The notes under the pieces were generated by a model. The model did no database searches, was not told the origin of the DNA, and saw only the letters and a list, made by a program, of their open reading frames with translations. 64,000 nucleotides of DNA from Neoconidiobolus thromboides FSU 785 (lineage: Eukaryota > Fungi > Entomophthoromycota). Positions 38,172-50,314 of this stretch are shown here, one piece after another. Numbering within the stretch: the first letter of the stretch is position 1; every line of letters starts with the position of its first letter. The translations under genes and the position numbers were made by a program. The stretch lies in NCBI GenBank assembly GCA_025603075.1, contig MU626287.1, forward strand, positions 92,361 through 156,360, written 5' to 3'.

Positions 38172-39103
38172 TTATTTTTTAAAAGCACCTGGTTTATATA
38201 ACAGATGATCTAATATTTGAGGGCTCGAAAATTTAGCTCTTAAATCAATAACATATGATAATCTTGATTCAAGATCTCGTAAATAGAATCTTTTTTCAGA
38301 GTTGGGGGTAGGTAGTTGTGCTAAAATATTAAATATAAATTGAATAAAATCATAGAATAAAATGAGTAATACCTAATCCATCTGTAAATCTTTTAGAGCA
38401 AGCCAATTGTTCCACTGGTAATTTAATCTGTTTAGTAGTTAATGGGAATTTATAAACTTCTAAGTTCATACTCTTGCCCCCTTTAAGTAAAGTAATTCTT
38501 GAAACACATCTATATAGAAAAATAATTATGAAAATAAGCTAGAATAATCACTGACTAAATAAGCTTACTTTGAAGAATAAAACCAAATAGTAGCTGAGAT
38601 AGCAGAACCTAAACCCATAGCTAAAAATAAAGCCAGTCCACGTTTCCAAGACTCATATAATTTCGGCTGGTTTGTTTCTCTAAGAGTGAAAAAATGGTTG
38701 AGAAAACAAATCAAAGAAATGGTAAAAAACAAAACTCACTCATCTACTTTTCCCAACTTGGTGTATGCTAATTGTCCAAAGTTCACCCTAAGATTTAAAA
38801 TTATAAATTTGTTATTAAATTTACTGAATAAAATTTTACCAGAACAATATCTGAAAAACTGAGAATATTCTTAAAGATAATACATGAGTTTTGTTATTAT
38901 TAGAATACATTACTTTATCCCCAGCTTCAATGAATTGCTTGAACTCTTTTAAAGTTATGGTTTTTACAGATTTTGGTTTTGTTATAGTAGCAAAAGCGGA
39001 TCTTAATGCTGAAGGTGACTTAAAAGCTGAGCGTTGGAACTAATGGAAATTTAATAGTTAGCTTAATGTTTTGAAATTGTGCTGGGACTATTACTAGGCT
39101 CAT
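38172..39103 (-). CDS. TMEM223-like mitochondrial inner-membrane protein (multi-exon; not in the ORF track)
   Basis: Manual splicing gives MSL|FQRSAFKSPSALRS...FQILFW|VNFGQLAYTKL...WKRGLALFLAMGLGSAISATIWFYSS...VSRITLLKGGKSMNL...YVIDLRAKFSSPQILDHLLY. The two-TM plus RITLLKGG pattern fits the TMEM223/TMEM70-like family. Confidence 0.65.
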
Positions 39104-40491
39104 TAGGCTATTCAATTTTATCATCTTTTTTATTACTTGCTAATTGTTGAGATTTAAAATTTAAAAAAATGAAATTTTTGCTCCAAATTTTGCGCCATGT
39201 AAAGGATGGAAAAGTAGCTCAGATGGATGTTTACAAAAATTTGAGAAATCATTAAAAACAAGATTCAATAATTTTACATAAAGGTTACTTAAAAAATATA
39301 CTGTATACCGGTAATTTAATCAATATACCTTCAGTAACAGTGGTATTATTTGCTTGGCTATTTTATTAACAAATAACATCAAAATTTAAAATTAAACATC
39401 GCATAGCTTAAAGATGATTATTTTCTATAAAAAAGGCATATTATTAGAGATCGTATTACTATTAAGCTTTAGGCGATGTATATGGAAATAAAAAATTTGA
39501 TTATTGTGAGAATATACTAATGCTCAAATAGGTAAATATAGAGGACGAAGATTTATTTATTGAACTCAAATTAGTTTCCAAACATGCCTTATTTGCGATA
39601 GTTTCATTGCTTTTCATTCTAATATAAAACTGATATTATGACTCCCCCAATACACATACTTATTCAAAGAAGTAAGATTGCCTTCAGTTTTACATGTATA
39701 AAGATTCAATATACTTCATTATATAACTTTTTTCAAGGCTTATTCTACGTATTAACATGCACTATCGCTTTATACGTAATTTGCTTAGACCATCTACTTT
39801 AGTAGCTAAAAAACACCCACATTTCGTGACTTTATTACCTTTGTCCAAAAAAGTTGCTACTAATGAAAAATAAGTAATAAAATTATTGATCCAAGTGGCA
39901 GAAACCAAAAACTGACTATGATACAAAGAAGGAGCTACTAGGTTGACCCGAGGTTCATATGGCTTATAAGGGAAATGAATAGAACTGACAGAGTTACGGA
40001 TTGAGTTTTTGATCATAGTATTGCGTAAAAAAGAATTGGCTAGTTCGAACCTTTTTCAATTTTTCCAGTTTATTAAAATTTTATTTTTTAATTAGATCCT
40101 TACACTTCACTGACATATAGCTACCAAACATAAATACAATATTAATTTTTTGTTTATTTTATCCTTAGATTCTATTAGTAAAAGTCTAAAACAAAATATT
40201 TTCTATATTAACCTTTATGAAATAACTGTACTTGTAGCATATCTCCAAAGTTTTAATATATTTTAGCCATAATATAAATAGTTTAGCTATAATATAAATA
40301 GTTTTAATGTAGCTTATAATTATTTCCCAAACTATCTAAAAAATATGAAAACTCAACTTGAAACCTGTTTTCACCAAAAACCATTTCATAGCCTATTCTT
40401 ACTAGTTTGTTACGTCACTTAAAATGGTTTAAAAAAGAAATAAAAAGAACAAAAGTAATTTTTTTATATAAAAAAATACTGCTGAATAAAA

Positions 40492-41130
40492 ATGATGCAT
40501 ACTGTGCCAACCGTTTTTGAGTCCCGTGTGATCCAAGCCCCCCTCGACAAAGTATGGAAAAGTATTCGCAACCTTGAGTTTCCTTTCTGGAAGTTGGTGG
40601 ATAATGTAGACTTGCAAAAGAATGAAAGTGGTGTTGGTAAGTGAGAGATTTGATATTTGCTAAATGAAATTCACTAATATATTATTTTAAGTTGGAAGTT
40701 CACGCAAAGTTCAATTTAAAGTAAGTTAATTTGATTTAGTGTACTTATTTAATCTTGTTTTTTTTTAAATTTAGGATGGTACCGTTCAAGAGTTTCGTGT
40801 ACTTGAGCTGTCAGGTAAATCTTTTATTATCTTTAATGATATATAAACAATATATTAAAGATTACAACTACACTGTAATATACGAATTGGAAGATTCTAA
40901 TCCATCCGTGCAATTTTTATCTGTGATCCATACCATCCGTTGTAAACATGTTACTCATGTATGTAGATTCATTACTTTTTTGATTTTAATTAAATAATCT
41001 TTAGGACAACTCGACCTTTATTGAGTGGAGTAGTTTATTTAGTTCGGATGCTGATCAGCAGGTCATCCAAGACAATCAATTTAAAAAACAAGATGCTCTT
41101 AAAGATTTGGCTGAGTTTATCAAGAATTAA
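40492..41130 (+). CDS. Bet v1-like / SRPBCC (polyketide cyclase-like) protein, 5 exons
   Basis: Spliced MMHTVPTVFESRVIQAPLDKVWKSIRNLEF...|VGSSRKVQFK|DGTVQEFRVLELS|DYNYTVIYEL...HTIRCKHVTH|DNSTFIEWSSLFSSDAD...*, with canonical introns. Confidence 0.85.
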
Positions 41131-41337
41131 ATACTACTAAATATACTTATTTTTATATTTTATTCTCTTCAAATTTTAAATTTTTAAATTTTTAAATCAA
41201 TGCTAAAAATTAAACTGCATAAATCATGCAAAATAACTAAAAAATAGCTCTATTTGGATATGAAATCATTTCGAAGTTCAAATTATAATCGTAAAATTGA
41301 GAATTTTTAACTTGTCTTTTTTGTTTCTTTTACTAAA

Positions 41338-43856
41338 ATGCACCAACTCAATGTATTAAAAGAAATAATCAAAAAAATTGATAATGTTGGAGTAGAAGAT
41401 CAACAAGCCCAGCAAGCGATAATAAATAAATTGGAAGAGTTTACCAGTAATTATAAGAAGGAGATAATTAAAGGAAACGGCCTTGATTCAATTGAAAAGG
41501 AAAGCGACAGAGCGTTATTGAACAAGATCAATTCGGATTTATTAACTTTATTTCAAGATTCAAATAAAAATCATGAGTTCTGTTTTGAAGTCATCAAATA
41601 TTTATCACCAATAATAGGCATCAAAAAGTTCTTTCTAAATTGGTGGAGTATTGTCGTTACTAAATGGTTATTTCAAGATTTGAACAATGAAAATGGGAAT
41701 GATATCATTAAGTTGATTTTGGAGTTCCTGTTCATTGAGACAGCAGAAGATAGTGAATGTCCAGCTATTTTATATATCTTAGAGTTTTATATTGTTAATC
41801 ATCAAAGCTATTCAAAGAATGAAAGTAATACTCAGGTTTATAATAATGATGTTTCATTATTAAAGGTTCAACAAACATCTAGCTTAAGCCAGTTGGATAA
41901 TTTGTATTCTAACTTAAATAAGATTATTTTGGAATATGGTATCGTAAAGACAAAAGTAAGCTTAGTTTTTACATGATTATACATTTAATATCAATTTATT
42001 AACATTAAGGAATTTTACCACTCTTGTAATGTATTGTATAGATACACAATTTATAGAATTATTGTAACTGATATATTAATAAATTTTATTTCAGAAAAGG
42101 TAAATTATAATTATAAAGTATTAAATTTCATTATAGCATTTTAATGTATTTATAGTCTGATTATTCACATGAAATAATTAATACAGAATTATTAAAAAAC
42201 ATGTATTTATCTTTAATCTTCGATAAATCTTGGTTATTATTTCAATTAAATTTAACAATAATTTCAATGATCTTGCCTTATATTATCAAAGAATTAAAAG
42301 AACATTTAGTAATCGTATTATTAGTAATCTTAAGGCATTCTATCTCAGTAAATAACCAATTAATGCCATTGTTTGATAATAGTTTAACGGAGGGTATCAC
42401 GTTTAATATTATAGGTAAGATTGTTACTAATATTCTAAATAACACAATAACATATTTAGTGGACGAAACAAAATTCGATAACAACAAAAGGATCAAGGAT
42501 TTATTTTCTTTAATCTTATTTTTATTTCCATACAACTTTATCAATTTTATAAAGCAGCCAAAGGAATATCTATATAGTCATATTGATATCATCAGATCAT
42601 ATTTTCAACTTGATAACAACAAAGAAGTCACTTTAAATCAAATTTTTGATCAAAAATCATTTCAACATGATATGAATGTAGGTCTATAATATATTATACT
42701 ATTCCTATTATACTAAAACATACCTATTTTTATTAGAGTATTTTAGAAGAGCATACTTTCCCATCAAGTTATTTATTTGGTGATTTAAATGATGAGCTAT
42801 CTGATGAAAACTCATCCTTTTTAATTGAACCTATTGAAATTATTAGTAAAAGTCTAATCTTACAACCAAATCCAAGTTCAGGTAATTTGTTAATAATAAG
42901 TAAGCTTTTGAATATTAATCTTTGATTTTTATAGAACATATCCAAATTAATGGTAATAGCATACTTGATTCCTCCGATTTATTTTCAGAACAGTTTATTA
43001 ATTTGAAGTATGAAATTATTAATAATAAAAATAAAAATGATAAAAAGGTAATTTAAAAATACATATTACAAATAATTGATATAATAAATAAATCAAGGAT
43101 GACAGTGTTCAAGAAGGAGAAGATTTGGTAAGTAAAAAGAAAGAGATAATCTTAAATGAAAATTTATTATTACGAGGCGAATTACTATTTGAAACATATC
43201 TATGTCAACATCAATCTCAATATATTAGGAAATTACATAGGGATAGAATATTAGAAAGTTCAACTGAAGCGGAAAGACATAGTTTAGTAAGCTTATAATT
43301 GATAATACAACGAAAACTTTTGATTTAAAATTAATATCATTTATAGTATTCCACATGTAAAACATTGCGAAACGAAGTAAAAGTATTAAAGGAATTGATG
43401 GAAAGACAGAGAGTAGAAAGTTCGGCTAGCCAATCAAAGCACATTACTTGGGAAAATGAGTTGAATAAAAAAGTCAAGTATTATCGGGAGCTTTGTAGAG
43501 AATTGAAAGTTAAGAATGAGATTTTGGCAAAGGAGATGGAGGAGTTAAAGGTATGCTTTTATATCTTTTAATAAATTATTTTTAAATGATTATTTTTGTA
43601 TAGGTCGGTGACAATGCCAATACCAAAATTTTACAAAATTTGGAATTTAAAGAAAATTGTTTAAATGGATTGAGTTCGGCGATTGATGAATTAAAATCAG
43701 AACTTAAAAATAAAGAAGTACAAATCCAAAAATTAACGGAAAAAATAATTCAGTGGTAACATTCAATTTATTAAGTATAATATATGTATTTTATTATTTA
43801 TTAGGGAAATTGAAGATAAATCGATAAAGGGAAGTAAAGAGGATGAAAATGAATAA
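41338..43856 (+). CDS. TSC1: Hamartin / tuberous sclerosis 1 homolog (multi-exon)
   Basis: Helical N-terminal domain, then ENLLLRGELLFETYLCQHQSQYIRKLHRDRILESSTEAERHSL and a coiled-coil tail, typical of fungal Tsc1. Confidence 0.8.
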
Positions 43857-43998
43857 AATAATGCTAATAAATGAATAAATAAAATTAATCATATACTAAT
43901 ACTAATTTCAGGGTTTAAATTTACTTAACTTATTTTAGTTTATTTAAAATAGCATTTTTTATTTAATGAAAAATAACGAGAATAAGAGTAAGAATGTT

Positions 43999-46122
43999 TT
44001 AAGCAATGATCTTAGCATATGTAGGTAAGTTACACCAAAAATCAATCAACGCTTGTCTCGATAAAGCTTGATACCCCTTGGATTTTACGACCTTCCCAAA
44101 GTTATGAAACATGAACTTAATAGCTCTCTTCTTTAAGCCTAATTCATTAGCTTTAGTAGCTTGATAATAAATATGGGCTACATTTTCGACTTTAATATTT
44201 TGATGTAAATACTCTCCACACATCATTTGTAATGGTTTCATATCATATAAATTCCCCAATACTAATAAATTAGCAATGATATGAGTATTGTTAGTAGTTA
44301 GTTGATCTGTATATAAGTATTTTAAGAAATGATAAGTAGTATTATAAGCTTCAGGGATAATAAAATAACTCAATTCACTTTCTTTCATACCACTGTCTTG
44401 TAAATTTTTAAAATGCTCCCAACGAGTCATTAACAAAAATTTATGAGCTGGTATATAAGATTGTTCTTTTTCATTGGAGTAAATTTTAAAATCTGACATT
44501 AATTCATTGCCAAACATATTATGGAAATTGAGGGAAGATTGTGGAAGTGATAACGTGTTAGTTTGTTGATTGTTAAAAAATAAGCCATACTCCATTAAAT
44601 CAATCTTTAATAATGAACCCAAATAATTCTTTTTGTTTTCTACATTAGCTCCAATCAAATAAAATTCTTCTAATTCATTATTCATAGCAAAATACGTCTT
44701 ATATTTTAATTTTAATCTACTATTAATATTGACTTCCATATTTCCACTATTATTTACAATTATGATAGGATTATTATTAAAATTATTACCAGTATTATCT
44801 ACAAAGCCAACGCTATTGTTAGTTATATCATTTTGACTACTACTCATATCTGACACACTATCATTATTACTCTCATTAGGTTTACTACCTAATAAAATCC
44901 CATCTTCTTTGTTCAAATGTTGGTTCCAAGTGAAAGTATTTAAATCTAAGGAATAAATACCCATTAAATAGCCGTTAGGTTCACAAGGAGGAATAACGAC
45001 AACTAACTTATTTTGATATAGACAACAAGCACTCGCAAAATTAACTCTCATTCTAGTTTGTTCGATATAATCCATTTCATTTTCGATTTCTGGGGCTTTA
45101 TTTGATTCTAAGCTTAATATTCCTTTTTCTCCTGTTTTTAAGTTTAAAAAGCATAACATATTACTTTCGTTCTCTTCCAAGATATACCGAATACTTTTAA
45201 ATCCACCGTAACAATATAACAAATCTTTATAAATAAAGTTATAATGAGCTACTTTAGGGTAAAATTCATATTGTTGACTCCAAGTCCAAGTTTTTAAATC
45301 TAAGGAAGCTACACTACTTAAAATTTTATTATGTCTTTTACCACCATGGATATACATTTTATCTTCATGAATAAAAGCAGAATGTCTTGATCTACCAATT
45401 GGTTTTCTACCCTTTGTTATTTTTTGTTCCCATTTCATTGTTACCAAATCTAAACAATAGGTATCTGATAAATAATCTCCAGAAATACCATTGCCACCAA
45501 AGATAATCATACTTTGTTTATAAATAACAGCACTATGGTTATCTCTTGCACAAGGCGCGTTATTATCCTTAAAATGATGCCATTGATTTGTATTAATATC
45601 CAAATAAGCTGTTAACTTATTAAAATCATTATTATCCGTATCATAACCACCAAATAATATTAATTTATTTTGATAACTGGTTAAACTTGCATAGATTAAA
45701 TGGCCAAACTCTAAATTGACTGTTTTTTGCCACCTTGGATGAAGCTCGGTTATTTTATTCCAACGCCCGGTCAAACTACTATCAGTTGCTTCTGTATTAA
45801 CATCATCTTCTGTATTACTCTGTTGGAATATATTGGTCTTATGGTCAGCATTGATGCATGGATCTCGTGATATATCTATATCATGCTCATTATAAGTATC
45901 TTCAGTGTTTTCTTCTTGCTGTTCAATATCTTCGATAATATCCCCAATCGAGGACAAAGCAGTAGGGATACTATTACCATTACTATTATCTTCACTTTCA
46001 TGGCTACTGGTACTATCATTGTTATTATTATTACTACTACTGGAAGACGAAATGGAGCCGGAATCGCCTGGATTTACGACAAGCCCTTCACTGCTTTCAA
46101 TCAGTAACTTTCTTCTTTTCAT
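43999..46122 (-). CDS. Kelch-repeat plus BTB/POZ protein (Ral2/Mds3/LZTR1-like), intronless
   Basis: Kelch repeats (LILFGG, MIIFGG, MYIHGG, LYCYGG) and a C-terminal BTB domain IPAHKFLLMTRWEHF...SGMKE...FLKYLYTD. Confidence 0.9.
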   Translation of the reverse strand: MKRRKLLIESSEGLVVNPGDSGSISSSSSSNNNNNDSTSSHESEDNSNGNSIPTALSSIGDIIEDIEQQEENTEDTYNEHDIDISRDPCINADHKTNIFQQSNTEDDVNTEATDSSLTGRWNKITELHPRWQKTVNLEFGHLIYASLTSYQNKLILFGGYDTDNNDFNKLTAYLDINTNQWHHFKDNNAPCARDNHSAVIYKQSMIIFGGNGISGDYLSDTYCLDLVTMKWEQKITKGRKPIGRSRHSAFIHEDKMYIHGGKRHNKILSSVASLDLKTWTWSQQYEFYPKVAHYNFIYKDLLYCYGGFKSIRYILEENESNMLCFLNLKTGEKGILSLESNKAPEIENEMDYIEQTRMRVNFASACCLYQNKLVVVIPPCEPNGYLMGIYSLDLNTFTWNQHLNKEDGILLGSKPNESNNDSVSDMSSSQNDITNNSVGFVDNTGNNFNNNPIIIVNNSGNMEVNINSRLKLKYKTYFAMNNELEEFYLIGANVENKKNYLGSLLKIDLMEYGLFFNNQQTNTLSLPQSSLNFHNMFGNELMSDFKIYSNEKEQSYIPAHKFLLMTRWEHFKNLQDSGMKESELSYFIIPEAYNTTYHFLKYLYTDQLTTNNTHIIANLLVLGNLYDMKPLQMMCGEYLHQNIKVENVAHIYYQATKANELGLKKRAIKFMFHNFGKVVKSKGYQALSRQALIDFWCNLPTYAKIIA

Positions 46123-46358
46123 GATATTTGATTGTTTAAATTAAAAAAAGGTTTCTAAAATAACGTGACTGCTTATTTTTTTAACTGAATTTGGGGAGAA
46201 TTTGAGCTTTTGCAATTTTACTTTGATGGTATAGTTTTGCAATTGAGTAAGCTTTTTTTGGTTTAACATTGTAAAAATAAAATAAACAGTGTAAAATAAT
46301 ATAAATAATATAAATACTCATTTATTTAACTTGAATATTTTATCAAAAGCATTGGAAT

Positions 46359-47155
46359 CTATCCATCAAACCTTCTACCACTTGAATAAAAGCCCAAAAT
46401 TTGATCCAAACTTTTAATTGAAGATTTGTATTCCATTCTTTTACTTTTTTTACTATTCGGACTATTAGCTTCGCTATTTGCTTCCTTTTTATCTATTTCT
46501 TTATTCACTGCTTTGTTACTATCCTCTTCTTCTTCCACATTAGAAATTTGTTTTTCAAACTCATGCTTCGACAACATTTGTTTAAACTTTCTTTTAGCCG
46601 CAAAACTAATCTTATCTTGACGTTCAAGTTTTTTCTATTATAGTATTTATTAGTTCTGTAATTTTATTTAACCGAAAAAGCAAATCCAAACATAAAAATT
46701 CAACTACTTACCTTCCATCTTCCCACCAGTTTTTCCAACTGATAAACATCGATATCAGTTAATAGATCCTCTTGCTGTTCCCCACAGTTATCTGGTAGCC
46801 ATTTACTTACTAGCTCTTTTTCATCCTTTTCAACTTGAGGTAAATCCCTTGTACGTAATAAAATACCCAAAATATTAGCGTCTTGTTCCGTTTGTATACC
46901 ATCATTGGGATAAACCATAATCAAAGGGTTATTTTTGTTTTTATGTAACTCTTCGTTGAGGGAAACAAACTTTCCAACTAACAAATTTAATTTAGTCATT
47001 AATTCATCATAATTTAAGTTTAATGGGTTGTTTGTTTGTAATTCTATTATATGATAGAGTTCGAGAAAATCTTGCTGTAATTGATATGTCTTGGAGAGCA
47101 ATACATCTAAATCATTGGCGTTTAATGGTTGCTTCAAAAGACTGTTGTTGCTCAT
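46359..47155 (-). CDS. MED8: Mediator complex subunit 8, 2 exons
   Basis: YDELMTKLNLL...VYPN...LGILLRTRDLPQVE Med8 motif; intron ~46635-46711 joins ...GRWK|KKLERQDKISF... Confidence 0.75.
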
Positions 47156-47255
47156 TCTTTTGGGATTTTTGACAAAAGTTTGGAAAAGGTTGAAAAAAAT
47201 AAAAGTTGAAAATTGGAATTTTGTTTTTTAAAATCAAAAAATCAAAAAATCAAAA

Positions 47256-48798
47256 ATGGAAAGTAAAGGATTGGAAGATAAACAAAGGGATAGTGAAGGA
47301 GAGTTAATAAATGAACAAGAAAGTAGTTATGATAAAGAAGAGCTAAGGGATGATGATGATGACTTAAGCGAGAGTTTAAAAAGCAAAAAAAGTAGACGAT
47401 TAACATTAACATTTAATCGACCAAAAGGGCGTTTACCAAATGGTTTAGTAAATCAAAGTTTCACTACCAATGTAACCAATTTCGCGTTCGAGGATAAGCA
47501 TTTGATTTTCAATATACTTGATACAAAAAATGAAGAGCTATCCGAGGAAACCTTAAAAATGAAAGAAAGATTGGATAACGTCACTTTATTAAATCAGCAA
47601 ATTATTAAATTTAATACACATTTCTCTTCATTCCTTCAAAGCTTACAGTTTAATAGTTATTGTAACGATTATTATGAGGTAAATAACAGGGTTATTATTG
47701 TGAATTTATTGGTTAATATTTTTTACATTAGAAACCTAATGAAGCTACATTTCGTAAATACATATTTAATTTAATTTTAATGGTCTTTATTCAATTATCT
47801 AGGTTTCCAAAGTATAAGACAGAATACCGAGACCAGCGAAGTAGATGCAGAAGCCACCTCACCTAATTTGGAACAAGTGGATATTGAGCCAGAGGGTATA
47901 ATAAAGCTGCCAACAGTGGAAGAAAAAGAAAAGGAAAGATTAATTCAAAAAGAAAGAGAAAAAGAAAAAGAAAAAGAAAAAGAAAAAGAAAAAGAAAGAG
48001 AAGCCCAAGAAAAAGAAAAAGAAAAAGAAAAAGAAAAAGAAAAAGAAGCTGTTATTAAAGAACGACGACAATCTATTAAAACTCCAATCCTTAAAAACAG
48101 TAGCAGAAAAAGTATAAGAACTTCAATTAATTCTAAGAAAGCATCACCATTGCCATTGAATTCAACAACATCTCCAAATGTTGCTGATAGAAGAAAAACA
48201 GTAAAGAATGTTAAAATGGATACTTTATCACCACATAAAAGTATTAAGAAAAGGAAGTTACCAACCAAACCATTGACATATGCAATGAGAAAGGTAAGCT
48301 ATTAGTGTGGGTTATTGTTTATTATGGAGATGAAGCTAACTGGGCTTACTTTAGAAAAGATCTAAATTGGATTTTGAAAAGATACTATCCTCACTACCTA
48401 TTGAATATAGGGAAGCGGTAGGATTTAATTTTTTTATTCATTTATTTATTTTTATCTTTTTTTTAGCCCATTAATCAACATATTAGTGAAATATTGATGT
48501 ATTTAGAAACAAATGACGAAGGAGCGTAAGTTAATTAAATTATACTTTTATCATTATAGTGCTTAATAGTATATTTATATATAGCACCAAAAAACAATTA
48601 GCAACTCATTTTAAATACCCAGAAGTTAAAGTACATGCTTATCTAAATACCCTAATGCTTAAAGGTTATATTAGTAAAGTAGTTGGTTCAGATAAGGTAA
48701 TGATTTTTTCTGAAAAATCACATTTTTTTAAGGTTGACTTTTTATTATAGAATATTCGTTTCTTTTTAGATGCTGTTCATCTGGTTAAGATTAAGTAA
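47256..48798 (+). CDS. DAM1: DASH/Dam1 complex subunit Dam1 with a KE-rich linker and extended C-terminus
   Basis: Core EELSEETLKMKERLDNVTLLNQQIIKFNTHFSSFLQSLQFNSYCNDYYE|KPNEATF matches the Dam1 FNxxFxSFLxxLxxNxxCxxxxExP motif. Confidence 0.75.
47948..48047 (+). repeat. (GAAAAA)n coding hexamer repeat encoding (KE)n
   Basis: Two runs of near-perfect GAAAAA units separated by GAAGCCCAA. Confidence 0.95.
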
Positions 48799-49967
48799 GA
48801 ACGATTATTTTTTAGTTTGATTTAGGTTTTGATATTGATTAACTATTATTAGGGCTTTAACTTCCATTTAAATTAAAAGAAGATGCTATTGAATTTTGTT
48901 TATTACTGTTGCTTAATTACTAGAACATTGCTAATTAAATTTCCTAATCAAATTCAATCCCTTGTTGGAAAAAAAGTAACTGTTTTTTATAATAAAGATA
49001 GGTTGGTTTAAACCCAAAGTTCAAAATTTTGAGTTTAATTTTCTATAAAGGTTTTAAAATTGCATACAGTATACAGCTATAATAGCTCTATTGTGACCTA
49101 TTTAATTGTTTACTTAAGAACAAAGTTTGTTAAAATTACTTTAAAATCTAAAAATCAAGCTTTAAGAAACCAAACAAACAAACAGCTAGACATAAAAATC
49201 ATCGCAAATTATATTGTAATAGATTCACAGGATTTTATAAAATTTAACACTTGAGGGCTATTGCTATTTCAAGAGCTTAAAAAAATACCTACCAAAGTTC
49301 AACCTTGACTGTAAGTAAAGATAACAACACTTCAATAAAACTCAATCTGTTCTTATGAAAGCTTATTCAAAGTACAAGAAAATGTAGTACTTTGTTTAAA
49401 AATAATGATAAATTTTTTTATCTAAACATATACTATTCAATGCAACTATTAAGAAAAGGCGCTTTATTATTAAAGTGAGTAAAATTTTAATTCAAATCTC
49501 TAACAGTATCAAAAACACTTATTAAGATAAAGATATGTGATTTTAATTTCATTTATTTAAAATTACTTTTTTATTTAACTAATATGAATGTGGTACTTTA
49601 TTTAAACTTCCGATCTTTTTAATGTTAAGTATATAGCCGATATTGCAATAAGCTGTTAAAGAATAACTTAAAAATAAATGTAAATTTATAAAACAAACTT
49701 TTAATAAATTTGAATAAAACAATAAAAAATGGGATAAGATTTTTTAAATAAATTAAAAAGTTTATTAAAAAATTTACTAAGAAAAAATCATCAAAAGTTT
49801 TTAACAGTTTTGTTATTTTTTTAGTAATATAAAATAATATATTAATTATAAAAATTACAAATTAATCTATTTAATAATTAATAAAATAACACAACTTTTA
49901 ATACCTAAAGCCTGCTTATTTTACATTAGTTATAAAAAGCTATAAATTAAAAGCTAAAAATATGTAT

Positions 49968-50062
49968 GGGGATATTTTTTTACGTTCAAGGATTTTACTA
50001 ATTTTTCCGCTCAAATAAGTGTTAAAAGGTGGAAAAAGTAATGAAGCCAAAAAAACACTCCC
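49968..50062 (+). mobile_element. MITE-like element copy 12
   Basis: GGGGATAT...ACACTCCC; flanks GTAT/ATAT. Confidence 0.88.
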
Positions 50063-50099
50063 ATATATTATTATCTAAAACCTAATTATATGAATATAT

Positions 50100-50195
50100 G
50101 AGAATATTTTTTTGATTTCATCACTTTTTCCATTTTTCAAGTGGTTTGAGTAGAATGATTGTTAGTAAAACTCTTAAACAAAAAAATACATCCCC
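50100..50195 (-). mobile_element. MITE-like element copy 13
   Basis: GAGAATATT...TACATCCCC; flanked by ATAT/ATAT; inverted relative to copy 12. Confidence 0.88.
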
Positions 50196-50314
50196 ATATA
50201 CTTGCTTTAAATTTGAAAATTAAGAAATTTTCATATTTTTGTAACCAATTCACATAAATCTAACAAACTTGAATTTTCAATCTTGTCTTCCTTTTTTAAT
50301 CCAAGTCCGCAACA

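Noticed and set aside
40030-40070. GTTCGAACC followed by a T-run as a tRNA B-box and terminator
   Set aside because: No cloverleaf or A-box upstream.
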